Shown here piece after piece: positions 36,638 through 47,489 of a stretch of DNA of 64,000 bases. The position numbers were made by a program, and so were the translations under genes. Each line of letters starts with the position of its first letter. Positions within the stretch are counted from its first letter, which is position 1. A model generated the notes under the pieces. The model did not search any database. It saw only the letters and a program-made list of their open reading frames with translations, and was not told where the DNA came from. This stretch comes from Candidatus Bathyarchaeia archaeon (GTDB taxonomy: Archaea; Thermoproteota; Bathyarchaeia; Bathyarchaeales; Bathycorpusculaceae), in assembly GCA_050012255.1 (NCBI GenBank), contig JBEKHN010000003.1, forward strand, positions 96,001 through 160,000, read 5' to 3'.

Positions 36638-37902
36638 GTCTTTCCCTTTTTTGTGTCGTTCTTCGTGAACTCGCCATCAGTGCGTATTAATCGTTTCAAG
36701 ATTCTTTCCATGGTGTTGCCACAAGCTTCGATTGTAAAGTCCCGCGGTATTGATGCGGTTTCATCTTTTTTCGTAAGAAGATAGGCTGGGTCTAATCGTG
36801 TAAGAATCTGTTGTGCTCCGAGTTCCGGATCTCTATCTATTAGGAATCCGCCTGGTTGTTCTGTTTTTGCCCATGAGTAGCGCTTGAAGTAGATTACTGG
36901 CGTTCCACAAAGCATTGATTCATAGTTTGCTTGTCCATCGTTTACTGTTATGAACGGATATGGGAAGAGCGTAAGGTCAGCGGCCGAGTAGTATTCTGGG
37001 AGCAGTTGTCTGTCTATCCATCCGTAGATTTTAACCTTGTCCAAGAGGCCATATTGGTTTATCTTTTTCTTGAATTCTTCCATTCCTTGTCCGCGTCCGA
37101 TAACGTGTAGCTTTACTCTCGGGTTTTTTTCGGCTAGACGTCGAAAGATTTCGAGCGCGGTGAAGGGGTCTTTTTCATAGTCTTTGGATGAATTGATCCT
37201 TTCTGGAGTCTCGATTCTTGACACCATTACAATGTTTATTTCCTTTCTGTCGAATCCCACTTTTTCTGCAGAAGCGTTCTTGTCGAGTGTTCGGAATAGT
37301 TGATCGTCAATTATGAATTCTTTGAAATTGAGGACCTTCGCTTTGGGCAGTTTCAAAACTTTGAAAAGGTAGTATTTCTGCTCTGGGTTTAGGTTCATTA
37401 ATATTAATGATGCCAGGTTTAGGCTTGCACGGTAGATTGAGACGAAGACAGAGTATTTCCACCTGCCCAATCGCTCGTACCAACGGAGTGAGCCTCCCAA
37501 CCACATGATAAGTGTTGGTCTGAAAACTCTCAAAATTAGGTTTAAGAATGGGATTTCATAGTCCCAAAGATGCGTGATAACGTACACCTCAACTTTGTCT
37601 TCAGAGAGTCGCCGTATTACTCTTAACGCAAATGCCAGATTTTCTAGGGCAAAGATGATTTTGCGTACAAGGCTCTTGCGTGTTCTTCTAGCAAACTTGC
37701 TTAGAATTGGGATTGAGCGGGGCAAAGCCATGGAATAGGTTTTGCCATCGGTATGTCTTATAATGAAGGGTTTATCCAAGTTTGTGGGGGAGTAGCTAAT
37801 GTTTTCAATGTTATGAATCAATAATGCTTCGCAAAACATGCACCTCAACTTGATAGCTGGATTGTCATATGACGTGCGACTGTTAAAGAAAGCAACTTTC
37901 AT
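36634..37902 (-). CDS. Glycosyltransferase family 4
   Basis: VSRI...KDP, YYSAAD, NYESMLCGTPVI. Confidence 0.82.
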   Translation of the reverse strand: MKVAFFNSRTSYDNPAIKLRCMFCEALLIHNIENISYSPTNLDKPFIIRHTDGKTYSMALPRSIPILSKFARRTRKSLVRKIIFALENLAFALRVIRRLSEDKVEVYVITHLWDYEIPFLNLILRVFRPTLIMWLGGSLRWYERLGRWKYSVFVSIYRASLNLASLILMNLNPEQKYYLFKVLKLPKAKVLNFKEFIIDDQLFRTLDKNASAEKVGFDRKEINIVMVSRIETPERINSSKDYEKDPFTALEIFRRLAEKNPRVKLHVIGRGQGMEEFKKKINQYGLLDKVKIYGWIDRQLLPEYYSAADLTLFPYPFITVNDGQANYESMLCGTPVIYFKRYSWAKTEQPGGFLIDRDPELGAQQILTRLDPAYLLTKKDETASIPRDFTIEACGNTMERILKRLIRTDGEFTKNDTKKGKT

Positions 37903-38023
37903 GATGGGTCGGCCTTACGTGTAAATTGGGATATTTTATAAAATGCATCTGAATAATAACGCTTTTGCAGAAGAGCTAAATTCGCATCAAACCCAAAAAA
38001 ACAGGTAAAACGCGGGTGCTCAG

Positions 38024-38977
38024 ATGACATCGACACTTAGCTATAGATATTATGGTAAGTATGTTTTGCATAAAGAGGCAATGATTACGAATTTCTCCAG
38101 CTGTATTCAGAGAGGACTCATTGCCTTCGACAGAAATCACGCAGTCATGACGAAACAGTATGATCCCAATTATCCAACTTACATGCATAACCCCACTGGG
38201 ATTGCGAATTACGGTCTGCTCCGGTACAATGATTTGATTGAAAACACAAACAAACTGAACTCTAAGGTAGATAGTAGACTTGCTATCGATAAACAAGTCC
38301 GTTGGTTAATCCAAAATAGAGTAGACAAAGAGGACATGAGCTTTTGGTATTACAATTTTCCAGTTCCTGATCTTGGTTGTAAGCCACCGTGGAAGTCTGC
38401 TATGAGTCAAGGCCTGATATTGAGTCTCTTAGCGAGAGTGTATCATCTCACTGAGAAGAAAGAATATTCTGAGCTTGCAGAAAGGGTTGCCGTTTCGATG
38501 AAGACTCCAACTTCTGAAGGTGGTTTCCTCTATATTGATAGCCATGGGGATTACTGGTACCAAGAGTACATGGGAAACTACGGTTACGTATTGAATGGTT
38601 TCATATATGCTCTGTGGGGCGTTTACGATTATTATTTGTACTCTAATGATGAGGAATATAAGATGATTTTTGACAGGTGCATCGATACTCTACGGAAAAA
38701 CTTGGAAAAATATGATTGGAAAATTGGCATATCAAAATGGTCAGTTTACGATCTGAAAGATAGGAACCCTGTTAACTTGTTCTATCACAAATTGCACATA
38801 AGTTTGTTGAGAGATTTGTACACGGTAACAAAGGAAAAGTTCCTACTTGTTTATGCCAATCGCTGGGAAACTTACATTAGTCAACCAAATAGGCTACTCG
38901 TGAGCATAACAAGACACGCGCGTGCACAGGTGTTGGCATTTTTAGGGGCATTGAGCAAGGATCGGCCGCCTTTCTAG
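38024..38977 (+). CDS. D-glucuronyl C5-epimerase family protein
   Basis: NPTGIANYGL, PPWKSAMSQG, WYQEY, VLNGFIYALWGVYD, SVYDL, YHKLHI. Confidence 0.88.
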   Translation: MTSTLSYRYYGKYVLHKEAMITNFSSCIQRGLIAFDRNHAVMTKQYDPNYPTYMHNPTGIANYGLLRYNDLIENTNKLNSKVDSRLAIDKQVRWLIQNRVDKEDMSFWYYNFPVPDLGCKPPWKSAMSQGLILSLLARVYHLTEKKEYSELAERVAVSMKTPTSEGGFLYIDSHGDYWYQEYMGNYGYVLNGFIYALWGVYDYYLYSNDEEYKMIFDRCIDTLRKNLEKYDWKIGISKWSVYDLKDRNPVNLFYHKLHISLLRDLYTVTKEKFLLVYANRWETYISQPNRLLVSITRHARAQVLAFLGALSKDRPPF

Positions 38978-39160
38978 AGTGCAATTTCTAAGCCGATCAG
39001 GCTGTCCAACTGGGGCAACGTCTGAAGGAAATGCTTCACAGACTTCGCATTTAGTTTTTGAGATGTCTGAACTCTAATTACGAGGAAGTCTCTAGAAATG
39101 TCTCGGGCTGCTTGTATGCGAAAGTACATGTTATTGCCTGAACTTTTTGCCATCATTAGT

Positions 39161-39874
39161 TCAAGCTTTTGTTCCTTTGCATGAAAAAACATATGCGAAG
39201 CCTAGGAATCTATCTGAGTAGGCTAGTTTTGGTTCTGTCTGAATTCGATCTAGAATTATGCCAACATCTCCTGAGATTTTTTGCAAATACCTTAGGGTTA
39301 CAAAATGATCTTGTGACCTCACACTCAGAAAGCGTTTCCGTATATTGCTAGCCATAAACGTTTTAGCTCCCCAGATGGCGTCACTGCGATTTAAATTCTT
39401 GATTCCTCTAAAAGAACGCTTCAAGTAATATCCTGGTCCGTGATTATAAAACATTAGGAGAGTTCCTTTCCTTGTGAGTAAACGAGAAAAGATCCAAAAT
39501 GCTTTTTTTTCATCAATATACTGGATTACACTGTTACACATAATTACCTCAAAGCTTTCCGGCTGAAAATGTGCCAGTAAGTTTTCATATGATTCTTTAA
39601 GAAAAGTGCAATTCTTGACTTTACCATCCATCTTAAATTTGGTGGCAAAACCCAACAATGCGTCATCAATATCTGCACCTATAACCAGAGCCTCAGGGTT
39701 CAATCTTGCTGCTGCAAACGTCCATTGGCCAGCGCCGCAGCCTACGTCCAAAATAGTCTTTCTATGTACGATTCCATGCTTCTCTAGCGATTTTATATAT
39801 GGTTCTATGCCGACCGAGAATGCTGATTCAACATAACTGGCGCGCTCTAGATTTTTTTTACCGTCGTCATTCAT
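39161..39874 (-). CDS. Class I SAM-dependent methyltransferase
   Basis: ILDVGCGAG, GADID. Confidence 0.88.
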   Translation of the reverse strand: MNDDGKKNLERASYVESAFSVGIEPYIKSLEKHGIVHRKTILDVGCGAGQWTFAAARLNPEALVIGADIDDALLGFATKFKMDGKVKNCTFLKESYENLLAHFQPESFEVIMCNSVIQYIDEKKAFWIFSRLLTRKGTLLMFYNHGPGYYLKRSFRGIKNLNRSDAIWGAKTFMASNIRKRFLSVRSQDHFVTLRYLQKISGDVGIILDRIQTEPKLAYSDRFLGFAYVFSCKGTKA

Positions 39875-40952
39875 CTAGATCCTCTTTAATATATGATAAA
39901 ACACGCGCAATCCGAAGGGAGCGAGAGGCTCTTGCCAAGAATGCTGTACATGAAGGAATGGAGTATACCTTTTCAGGGTTCTTGCCCCCGTATTCTTTAC
40001 TGAAAGCTTCTGCATATTCTTGGGCCGTGACAAAAGCCACATTTGCTTTGTGAGATGCATAGTTCAACAGCCAATCAAGCCTCTGCAGTACGTCTTTTGT
40101 CCCACCATCAGAACTATGCATATAAATGACAACGCCTACTGGGCTCCAGTCCTCTCTTAAACTGTAGTAATAATCAAATATATTTTCAATTGGCTTCTTT
40201 TCAGAGTAAGGCCATAATACTTTGTTATTTGTGAAAATTAGCGACCTAGGCGACATGCTAATTCTTGGAGGAAGAACAGTTTGTGGTATAAGCAAGACAT
40301 TTGAGTCTCCAAGTCTTAACACATTTTCCCTGCTCGGGTGATACGGTTGGTAATATCTAGCTCCAGTCCAATCAGACTTTCCAACTGGTTTGTAGAATGG
40401 AAGATTAATATCTACAGTGTAGCCCAGCTTTTCAAGTATCCTCAGGGTAGTCCCATCTTCGCTTTCTGCCCATCTGCCTGCAACAAAAGTCTTTGGTCTT
40501 ATCCCGACACAAGTGCTGATCGCATCAGTGAGCTTTTTCATTAATTCGTCTTGTTCTCGTTCACTAAGCCTGTTTACTGCGTAGTTGTCGATACTTGTTA
40601 TGCCTCCCTTAAATCTCTTGTACTTTACGCCAAAAAAAGTCTCAGGATGTAGATGCGCCCCTACTTCATCTCTTATTCCCGAAACATCATAGGTTCCAGT
40701 GCAAGAATCCTTCAAAGAAAAACCATACACCTTTGAAAGTTCGCAATTTGAGTTCCCGAAGTTTATTGCAACATCTTGGGTAACCACCCATGTTACTGGC
40801 ATCTTATGAGAGTGAGAAATTCTCGCTATCATTGGTAAAGATTTGCCAGTGGCGTCTAAAGGCGGTTCAGTGTGAATAACAAGTGCAAGATATGCCATTT
40901 TATCATTCGTAAGAGCCATTTGTACTCTCTTGATAATCTGCAAAGGGTCCAC
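39867..40952 (-). CDS. Polysaccharide deacetylase-like protein (WalW-like)
   Basis: IHTE, EVGAHLHP, TFVAGRW, IYMHS. Confidence 0.72.
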   Translation of the reverse strand: MDPLQIIKRVQMALTNDKMAYLALVIHTEPPLDATGKSLPMIARISHSHKMPVTWVVTQDVAINFGNSNCELSKVYGFSLKDSCTGTYDVSGIRDEVGAHLHPETFFGVKYKRFKGGITSIDNYAVNRLSEREQDELMKKLTDAISTCVGIRPKTFVAGRWAESEDGTTLRILEKLGYTVDINLPFYKPVGKSDWTGARYYQPYHPSRENVLRLGDSNVLLIPQTVLPPRISMSPRSLIFTNNKVLWPYSEKKPIENIFDYYYSLREDWSPVGVVIYMHSSDGGTKDVLQRLDWLLNYASHKANVAFVTAQEYAEAFSKEYGGKNPEKVYSIPSCTAFLARASRSLRIARVLSYIKEDLDE

Positions 40953-41401
40953 TTATATTCATTTTGAGGGGGTTCTAGTATGCATGCTTTCCTGCAGAAA
41001 TGTTCTTTTTGGGTTCTTAGCCTCTAATCTTTGGGAAGAAGTTCCTGCGGAAATTCAGACGAAACTATTTTCTTTTCTATTGATGAGTCTGCAATTTTTG
41101 TGACTGCTTGAAAGATTTTCCTACCAAGTCCCTCCAGAACTTTGCGGGCTCGAATTGTGGGTTCAGGTCGCCTTTAGCTATCAGGTTTGTTGGCGGTTGT
41201 CACCAAAATGGCAATATTCCATGATAATTTCATGAAATGGCTCTTTTTTCCAAACGTCTGTAGAACCGAGAGATTCAACCTCTATTGTTCTCAACGGTGT
41301 TCATGCAAAACAGGAAAAATATTCATTGGTTTCACGCACTCCATTACTAGGTTGAATTTGGAAAACTAAATAACCTTGATAGAATTTTTAGCTCATGAAG
41401 G

Positions 41402-42220
41402 GTGGCGAAGAAAGTGCTGCGTGTTTTGATGGTTCATGACTGCGCATTCGTTGGCCATGAGTTGCGCGAGGCTGTGAACAGCATTTCTAGTGATGTTCAC
41501 GTTGAATTGTTACCGTATCCTTTACACACGAAGTTAACGGTTTTTGGGGTTGCATTGAAAATTCGGCGGATAAACCCAGATATTGTGCATGTTCATTATT
41601 GCCGTTATCCAGCATATGCAGCCTTGCTAAGCTTTAAACCCTATATTGTTCACTGTCATGGGACCGACATTCGACATGGAATAAATAGTTGGCAGAAGCT
41701 CTGTTTAAGGAAGGCTCGCAAAGTGTTGGTCGCCACTCCCGATTTGCTTGAAGTTCTGCCAAATGCAACATGGCTTCCCAATCCAATCAACTTGGAACAT
41801 TTCAAACCTCTCAAAGAACACGATGAAAATACGGTGTTATATTTTCCTAAATGGTATGAGGACATAAAGGATGAATTAGATTCGGTTTGTAGAGAATCTG
41901 GTTACACGTTGACAGTGAAGGAAAAACGGGACATTCCTTATGAGGAAATGCCGATTTTCTTAAATCAATTTGGCATTTACGTTGACCGTTTCGCAATTAA
42001 GAGTTATAGCAAGACTGCGTTAGAAGCCATGGCTTGCGGTCTAGCAGTAGTGGGATACAAGCATGATTTAAGGAAAACACTGAAAGATTTGAAAGACATG
42101 AGAAAAAGAGGGACATATGTAAGCGAACAGACGAATTTGATATTGAGTAATCATGAGCGCGGAAAAATCGCGTCGAACTTGCTTGAAATTTATGAACGAG
42201 CTTACAAGAAATCATATTGA
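41402..42220 (+). CDS. Glycosyltransferase family 4
   Basis: HCHGTDIR, LPNP, ALEAMACGLAVV; related to 31578-32540. Confidence 0.85.
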   Translation: MAKKVLRVLMVHDCAFVGHELREAVNSISSDVHVELLPYPLHTKLTVFGVALKIRRINPDIVHVHYCRYPAYAALLSFKPYIVHCHGTDIRHGINSWQKLCLRKARKVLVATPDLLEVLPNATWLPNPINLEHFKPLKEHDENTVLYFPKWYEDIKDELDSVCRESGYTLTVKEKRDIPYEEMPIFLNQFGIYVDRFAIKSYSKTALEAMACGLAVVGYKHDLRKTLKDLKDMRKRGTYVSEQTNLILSNHERGKIASNLLEIYERAYKKSY

Positions 42221-42239
42221 AGAATAGATTAGGGTCCAA

Positions 42240-42420
42240 ATAGGCAAAATATGTCCTTCAGTCCTGCTATAGCGCGCGCCAAGCTCGAGAGCTTCTAATG
42301 AAAGTAATAAAACTGGGAACCTAAAGATCGTATCAGACAACGAGGAAGTCGCCCTCGAATTAGATATTAGATTCATCACCGTTGGAACACCATCAGAACG
42401 AGACAAGGTGTAGGTCTTTG
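42240..42420 (+). pseudogene. ugd: Relic fragment of UDP-glucose dehydrogenase
   Basis: About 42309-42404 translates KTGNLKIVSDNEEVALELDIRFITVGTPSERD versus RTGNLKITSNNEEAVLKSDITFITVGTPSKTD in the intact gene; DNA similarity is visible. Confidence 0.8.
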
Positions 42421-42492
42421 ATATATAATGTAATAAGTTCCAAAGGAAATGGGCAAGGTTCAAAATGAGAAAGAGGTGTCTCGTCTTAACAG

Positions 42493-43986
42493 TTAGGTTG
42501 CTGTTCGCTTGGTCATGGATTTGATTTCTTGCCATATTGAATTGAACAACGATCTTGCTTCCTTGTCAATAATGGACAGCAACGTAATGTAGACGACTGT
42601 ACCCAGTACTGTGAGACTTAGTGTTTCGTATAACCTCGTTGAATGTGGAATTATAAGTAGAATGGCTGCCATAACGGTCGAGCCAAGAATGTATTTTGCG
42701 ATGCTTTTCCACGGGATGTCCATCATGATCATTCCTCGTACTATGAAGCATAAAATAAGAAGCGTCGCCAGACTGGCTGACAATTTGATAACGCTCACGT
42801 AGAGTGCCGAATGTAAAGGGTCGGTTTGTGCGACGGTTAGGATGTAGAACGCTGTTGGCAGGGTTATTGCTGCGCGAACATAGTCGAGGCTGAACACTTT
42901 GAACATACGGCTTTTCGCAAGCTGCTTGAAGGATATTTTTGCTTCTTGATCGAATTTTTCAACTCCGAAAAGTACAGAAGTGAAGAACTGAAACAAAGTC
43001 AAGACTAAGGCGTCCACGGCCAGCACAACGAGTACCGGAGCAGCTCCTGCGTAGGTTTCGTTTAGAGAGCCAATAAACGAGTCTGACATTGCGATGGACC
43101 CCACGGTCATCGGTATGGCAAAGATCAAGACCATTTTGAGGGAAGTTGTGATATCCTTCGTGCTGCTTTTGTCCAGAAGCCTTGGATACAAGGCGTATGA
43201 AAGGAAGAAGGAATAAGTGATTATGTTTGCGATCGTTGCGGCTGCGCCGTAGTTGCCTCTTGCGTCTTTACCTCCATAGGCGAAGAGGAATATGAATACG
43301 TATGCAGATATCTGGCCCCCCACAACATAGTAGATGTATCCTGTCGATCCTTTCAGCCATTCTTTCACATATTCCCATCTTGTTTCAATTTTGAGGTCAG
43401 CAGACAGAAGTTTCAAGTAGTATATTATTTGAATCAGAACGGCTGAGACTAAGGCTATTATGGCCCCTAGTAAGGGCTCGTGAAACTGCACTATGAGTAT
43501 GTAAGCAATGACAACTTTGCAAGCTTCTTCAATTAGCAGGCCGTAGCCTACTGCCTGTGGCTTCTTTGCTTGCAAAGTCGCCTCAAATGTGGTGAGTAAA
43601 TAGGCTTCTAGTATTTGCGTTGAAGCAATGAAATACAGGGCCAAATATTCCTGCCCTACATGGAGAGCAGTCGTTATCGTTGAAACCAACGTGAGGTAGA
43701 ATGCCGTGGCTATCAGGGCCACGATTAGGTTTGATAAAAGACCAGTCTTTACTGCGCCCTTCTTTCCTCGTGCAACAAATCGTACAATCCAGAAAGGTAA
43801 GGCTCCAGCGAAAATCGTGAAGTAAGCTGTGACGTCGAATACGTTGTTCCAGACGCCGTAGCCTGCTTGGTCCGTGTTTCTAGTAATCAGAAGAGTGAAA
43901 ATGATGCCAGTTACTACACTCAGTATCTTTGCTGCAAAAATGATGAAGCCTGAATGCCTTAATCTAATGGAGTCCTTGGTCATCAT
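42493..43986 (-). CDS. Oligosaccharide flippase (Wzx/RfbX, MOP superfamily)
   Basis: About 14 TM helices; colinear with 28325-29809 (SLKMVLIFAIPMTVG vs SLRMVLMFAIPMTAG). Confidence 0.82.
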   Translation of the reverse strand: MMTKDSIRLRHSGFIIFAAKILSVVTGIIFTLLITRNTDQAGYGVWNNVFDVTAYFTIFAGALPFWIVRFVARGKKGAVKTGLLSNLIVALIATAFYLTLVSTITTALHVGQEYLALYFIASTQILEAYLLTTFEATLQAKKPQAVGYGLLIEEACKVVIAYILIVQFHEPLLGAIIALVSAVLIQIIYYLKLLSADLKIETRWEYVKEWLKGSTGYIYYVVGGQISAYVFIFLFAYGGKDARGNYGAAATIANIITYSFFLSYALYPRLLDKSSTKDITTSLKMVLIFAIPMTVGSIAMSDSFIGSLNETYAGAAPVLVVLAVDALVLTLFQFFTSVLFGVEKFDQEAKISFKQLAKSRMFKVFSLDYVRAAITLPTAFYILTVAQTDPLHSALYVSVIKLSASLATLLILCFIVRGMIMMDIPWKSIAKYILGSTVMAAILLIIPHSTRLYETLSLTVLGTVVYITLLSIIDKEARSLFNSIWQEIKSMTKRTAT

Positions 43987-44166
43987 TCACTCCTTGATGA
44001 TTCTTGATGTGTATTTCATCGGTATTTAATGTTGTTTCCTTTTTTTGTTCCAAATGGGATTTTTGTTAGACCTACAGTTTTTTGGTATTTACCAGTTTGC
44101 ATCTGGTGCGAATGCAAAAGTTAATTATCTGCATTTCATTGAAGTCTCTCAAAAAGGAATGAGCAC

Positions 44167-45528
44167 ATGTATAAGCTTTCTTTCGTGGGTTTAGGTTCTG
44201 TTGGACTCTGCACAGCAGTCTGTTTCGCCGAAAAAGGCTACAGAGTCACAGCCTCAGAAATAGACGGGACCAAAGCGAACCAGATAAGAAGGGGCAACCC
44301 TCCCTTCTACGAGCCCAACCTCAATGAACTGCTAAGAAAGGCAATAAGAACTGGAAACCTAAAAATCACATCAAACAACGAGGAAGCTGTCCTAAAGTCA
44401 GATATCACGTTCATCACCGTTGGAACACCATCAAAAACAGATGGAAGCATAAGCCTCAGCTATATAGTAAGTGCCGCAAAAGAGGTCGGCAAAGCCCTGA
44501 AAAAGAAAAACGGTCGGGCAGCTCATCTCGTTGTGGTAAAAAGCACAGTGACTCCAGGCACTACGCAGAATATTGTAATGCCAACAATCGAAAGGAACAG
44601 CGGCCGAAAATCTTGCCAAGGCTTTCTCTTATGCGTCAACCCGGAGTTCCTAAGCGAGGGTAACGCAATTAAAGGTACGCTAAATCCAGACTATGTAGTA
44701 ATAGGAGGATGCAACAAAAGATCAGCGGATATGCTGGAAGATCTCTACAGAGAATTCCACAGCGAAAACTTACCGCCGATAATCAGGACAAATATTCCAA
44801 CCGCGGAGCTCATAAAATACGCAAACAACGCCTTCTTAGCCACAAAAGTAAGCTTCATAAACACTATAGCGAACATATGTGAAAAAACACCCGGCACAGA
44901 CGTCAAAAAAATAGCTGAAGCTATAGGAAAAGACCATAGAATAAACCCCTACTTCCTAGACGCAGGCTTGGGCTGGGGAGGAAGCTGCTTCCCCAAAGAC
45001 TTGAAAGCTCTAATCAGCTTTTCCAAAGGACTTGGCTATAATCCAGAGTTGATACAAGCGGCATGGAGAGCAAACGAGGACCAGGTAAAGTTCACGATAC
45101 AAAAAGCGAGAAAAGAGCTTGGCATACTGAAAGGCAAGAACGTGGCCCTCTTGGGCTTAGCATTCAAACCAAACACGGACGACTTAAGAGAGGCACGCTC
45201 GATAGAATTGATCAAGGGACTCCTGAAAGAAGGAGCAGCGATAACGGCATACGACCCGATGGCAGTTGCCAACACCAGAAAAATCTTCAAAGGAAAAATA
45301 GGCTACGCTTCCTCAGCGATTGAATGTCTAAAAAACGCTGACTGCGCCATACTCGTGACGGAGTGGGAAGAGTTCAAGAAACTGGGTCCAGAAGACTTCA
45401 TACGGAACATGCGAAAACCAATTTTAATAGACGGCAGAAGAATCTACGACCCAGAGAAATTCTCGAAAAAACTGCACTACATAGCGGTCGGCCTCGGAGA
45501 ACCCGCAGCTTTAATTCCACCCTCCTAA
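44167..45528 (+). CDS. ugd: UDP-glucose/GDP-mannose dehydrogenase
   Basis: GLGSVG, VGTP, KSTVTPG, NPEFL, AELIKYANNAFLA, GGSCFPKD, FKPNTDDLRE. Confidence 0.95.
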   Translation: MYKLSFVGLGSVGLCTAVCFAEKGYRVTASEIDGTKANQIRRGNPPFYEPNLNELLRKAIRTGNLKITSNNEEAVLKSDITFITVGTPSKTDGSISLSYIVSAAKEVGKALKKKNGRAAHLVVVKSTVTPGTTQNIVMPTIERNSGRKSCQGFLLCVNPEFLSEGNAIKGTLNPDYVVIGGCNKRSADMLEDLYREFHSENLPPIIRTNIPTAELIKYANNAFLATKVSFINTIANICEKTPGTDVKKIAEAIGKDHRINPYFLDAGLGWGGSCFPKDLKALISFSKGLGYNPELIQAAWRANEDQVKFTIQKARKELGILKGKNVALLGLAFKPNTDDLREARSIELIKGLLKEGAAITAYDPMAVANTRKIFKGKIGYASSAIECLKNADCAILVTEWEEFKKLGPEDFIRNMRKPILIDGRRIYDPEKFSKKLHYIAVGLGEPAALIPPS

Positions 45529-45551
45529 CCAAAACAACGTGAGGTTCATTT

Positions 45552-46403
45552 TTGCTCAAGAAGGCAGTAATTCCAGCAGCAGGCCTCGGGACAAGACTTC
45601 TGCCAATAACAAAGGAACTACCGAAAGAGATGCTTCCGATTGTTGCCCTGACGAAAAACGGCAAACTATGCATGAAACCAATGCTACAAGCGATTTTCGA
45701 GCAATTATATGACGTGCGTTTCAGGGAATTTGCCTTTATAGTAGGCAAAGGCAAGCGAGCAATAGAAGACCATTTCTCGCCAGACGAAGATTTCATACAA
45801 TACCTAGAAAGCAAAAATAGAAAAGACAACGCGGAAGAGCTGCAAGATTTCTACAGAAAGATAAACGAGTCAAACATAGTGTTCATAAATCAACCGAAAC
45901 CAAAAGGGTTTGGAGATGCCGTTGGGAGAGCAAGCTTATTCACCGGGAGCGAAAAATTCCTGATGCAAGCAGGTGACGACCTAGTCATTTCACAAAACAA
46001 CAATCACCTGAGAAGGGCAACAGAAACCTTTGAAGAATACGACGCAGACACCCTCTTTGTGGTCGAAGAAGTCCCAGACCCTAGAAACTACGGCGTTGTG
46101 ACGGGAAAAGAAATAAAACCTGGCATATTTCAAGTCGCAAACATCGTTGAGAAGCCTCAGAAGCCTCAGTCGAACTTGGCGATAGTTGCCATTTACATGT
46201 TTAAACCGATAATTTACAAAGCCATCAAGGAAGTAAAACCCGACAAGAACGGAGAAATCCAATTAGCAGAGGCGCTTCAACTATTGATAGATTGGAACTG
46301 CAAGGTTTTCGGTTTAAAACTAGGATCTGATGAAAAAAGAATAGATATAGGGACAGCCGAATCCTACTTGGAAATGTTGAAGTCTACAGTAATAGGCAAA
46401 TAG
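45552..46403 (+). CDS. galU: UTP--glucose-1-phosphate uridylyltransferase
   Basis: PAAGLGTRLLPITKELPKEMLP, VEKP, GEIQL, DIG. Confidence 0.88.
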   Translation: MLKKAVIPAAGLGTRLLPITKELPKEMLPIVALTKNGKLCMKPMLQAIFEQLYDVRFREFAFIVGKGKRAIEDHFSPDEDFIQYLESKNRKDNAEELQDFYRKINESNIVFINQPKPKGFGDAVGRASLFTGSEKFLMQAGDDLVISQNNNHLRRATETFEEYDADTLFVVEEVPDPRNYGVVTGKEIKPGIFQVANIVEKPQKPQSNLAIVAIYMFKPIIYKAIKEVKPDKNGEIQLAEALQLLIDWNCKVFGLKLGSDEKRIDIGTAESYLEMLKSTVIGK

Positions 46404-47489
46404 TCAAGTTTTCAGGAAGTCCGATATTCTTTCAGAAACGTACTCAACTTCGGGTTCAGTTAAGCCAGGATACATCGGTAGCGAAAGCACTTCCTGACAG
46501 ATTTTATCAGTAATCCCCAACGCTGGTTGAGCACCTAAAGCTCCAGTTATGGCTGGCTGCTTATGAATCGGAACTGGATAGTGCACGAGTGTGGATACGC
46601 CGTGTTGCTTCAGGGACTCCGCGAGCTTATCGCGTCTTTTAGTTCTAATCACGTAAAGATGGTAGACATGCTTAGCCCATGTTTCCTCAACCGGCGTAGT
46701 CACCAACTCTCCTAAGGCTTGGTCATACATTTTTGCGATGTTTCGCCTAGCTTCATTCCATCCTGGAAGCTTCTCCAACTGCTTAATTCCGATAGCTGCC
46801 TGAATCTCGTTAAACCTTAAATTGTAACCCAACGCGTCGAAGATGTACTTCTCCCGTCTGCCATGATCTCTAAGCATCCTAATCTTCTCTGCGATTTCTT
46901 CATCGTTCGTTACGACAGAGCCGCCGTCACCGCAGACAGTCATGTTCTTTGAGGGGTAAAAGCTGAAACATGCAACATGCCCTATTCCGCCGACTTTTCG
47001 TCCCTTGTATTCTGCCCCGTGAGCTTGGCAAGCGTCCTCAATAACGTGGAGGTCATTTTCTTCCGCTATCTCCAATATTGGGTCCATGTTTGCAGGATGC
47101 CCGAACATATGGACCGGAAATATGGCTTTAGTCCGCTTAGTCACTGTTTCTCTTATTCTTTCAGGATCAGCCGTATAAGTTCTAGCTTCTACGTCTACGA
47201 AGACTGGTTTGGCTCCGACCTGTATAACTGGCGCAGCGGAAGCTATGAAGGAGAAAGATGGAACTATGACCTCGTCTCCAGCTTTGATATCCATCGCCAA
47301 CAATGACAGAAAAATGGCTGCGGTTCCTGAGCTCGCACAGACCGCGTTTTTCACACCGCAGAATTCTGCAAACTTGTCCTCAAACTCCTTAACCTTTTCG
47401 CGCAGAATATACCATCCGCTGTCTAGAACTTCCGAAACCGTCTTCTTGATAGCATCATCCATGTAGACTTTCGACAGTGGAATGTTCAT
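46404..47489 (-). CDS. DegT/DnrJ/EryC1/StrS sugar aminotransferase (WbpE-like)
   Basis: SGTAA, IEDACQAHG, FSFYPSKNM; start at MNIPL (ATGA overlap). Confidence 0.93.
   Translation of the reverse strand: MNIPLSKVYMDDAIKKTVSEVLDSGWYILREKVKEFEDKFAEFCGVKNAVCASSGTAAIFLSLLAMDIKAGDEVIVPSFSFIASAAPVIQVGAKPVFVDVEARTYTADPERIRETVTKRTKAIFPVHMFGHPANMDPILEIAEENDLHVIEDACQAHGAEYKGRKVGGIGHVACFSFYPSKNMTVCGDGGSVVTNDEEIAEKIRMLRDHGRREKYIFDALGYNLRFNEIQAAIGIKQLEKLPGWNEARRNIAKMYDQALGELVTTPVEETWAKHVYHLYVIRTKRRDKLAESLKQHGVSTLVHYPVPIHKQPAITGALGAQPALGITDKICQEVLSLPMYPGLTEPEVEYVSERISDFLKT

Noticed and set aside
40953-41400. Possible decayed gene
   Set aside because: Coding-like patches interrupted by stops, but no family recognisable
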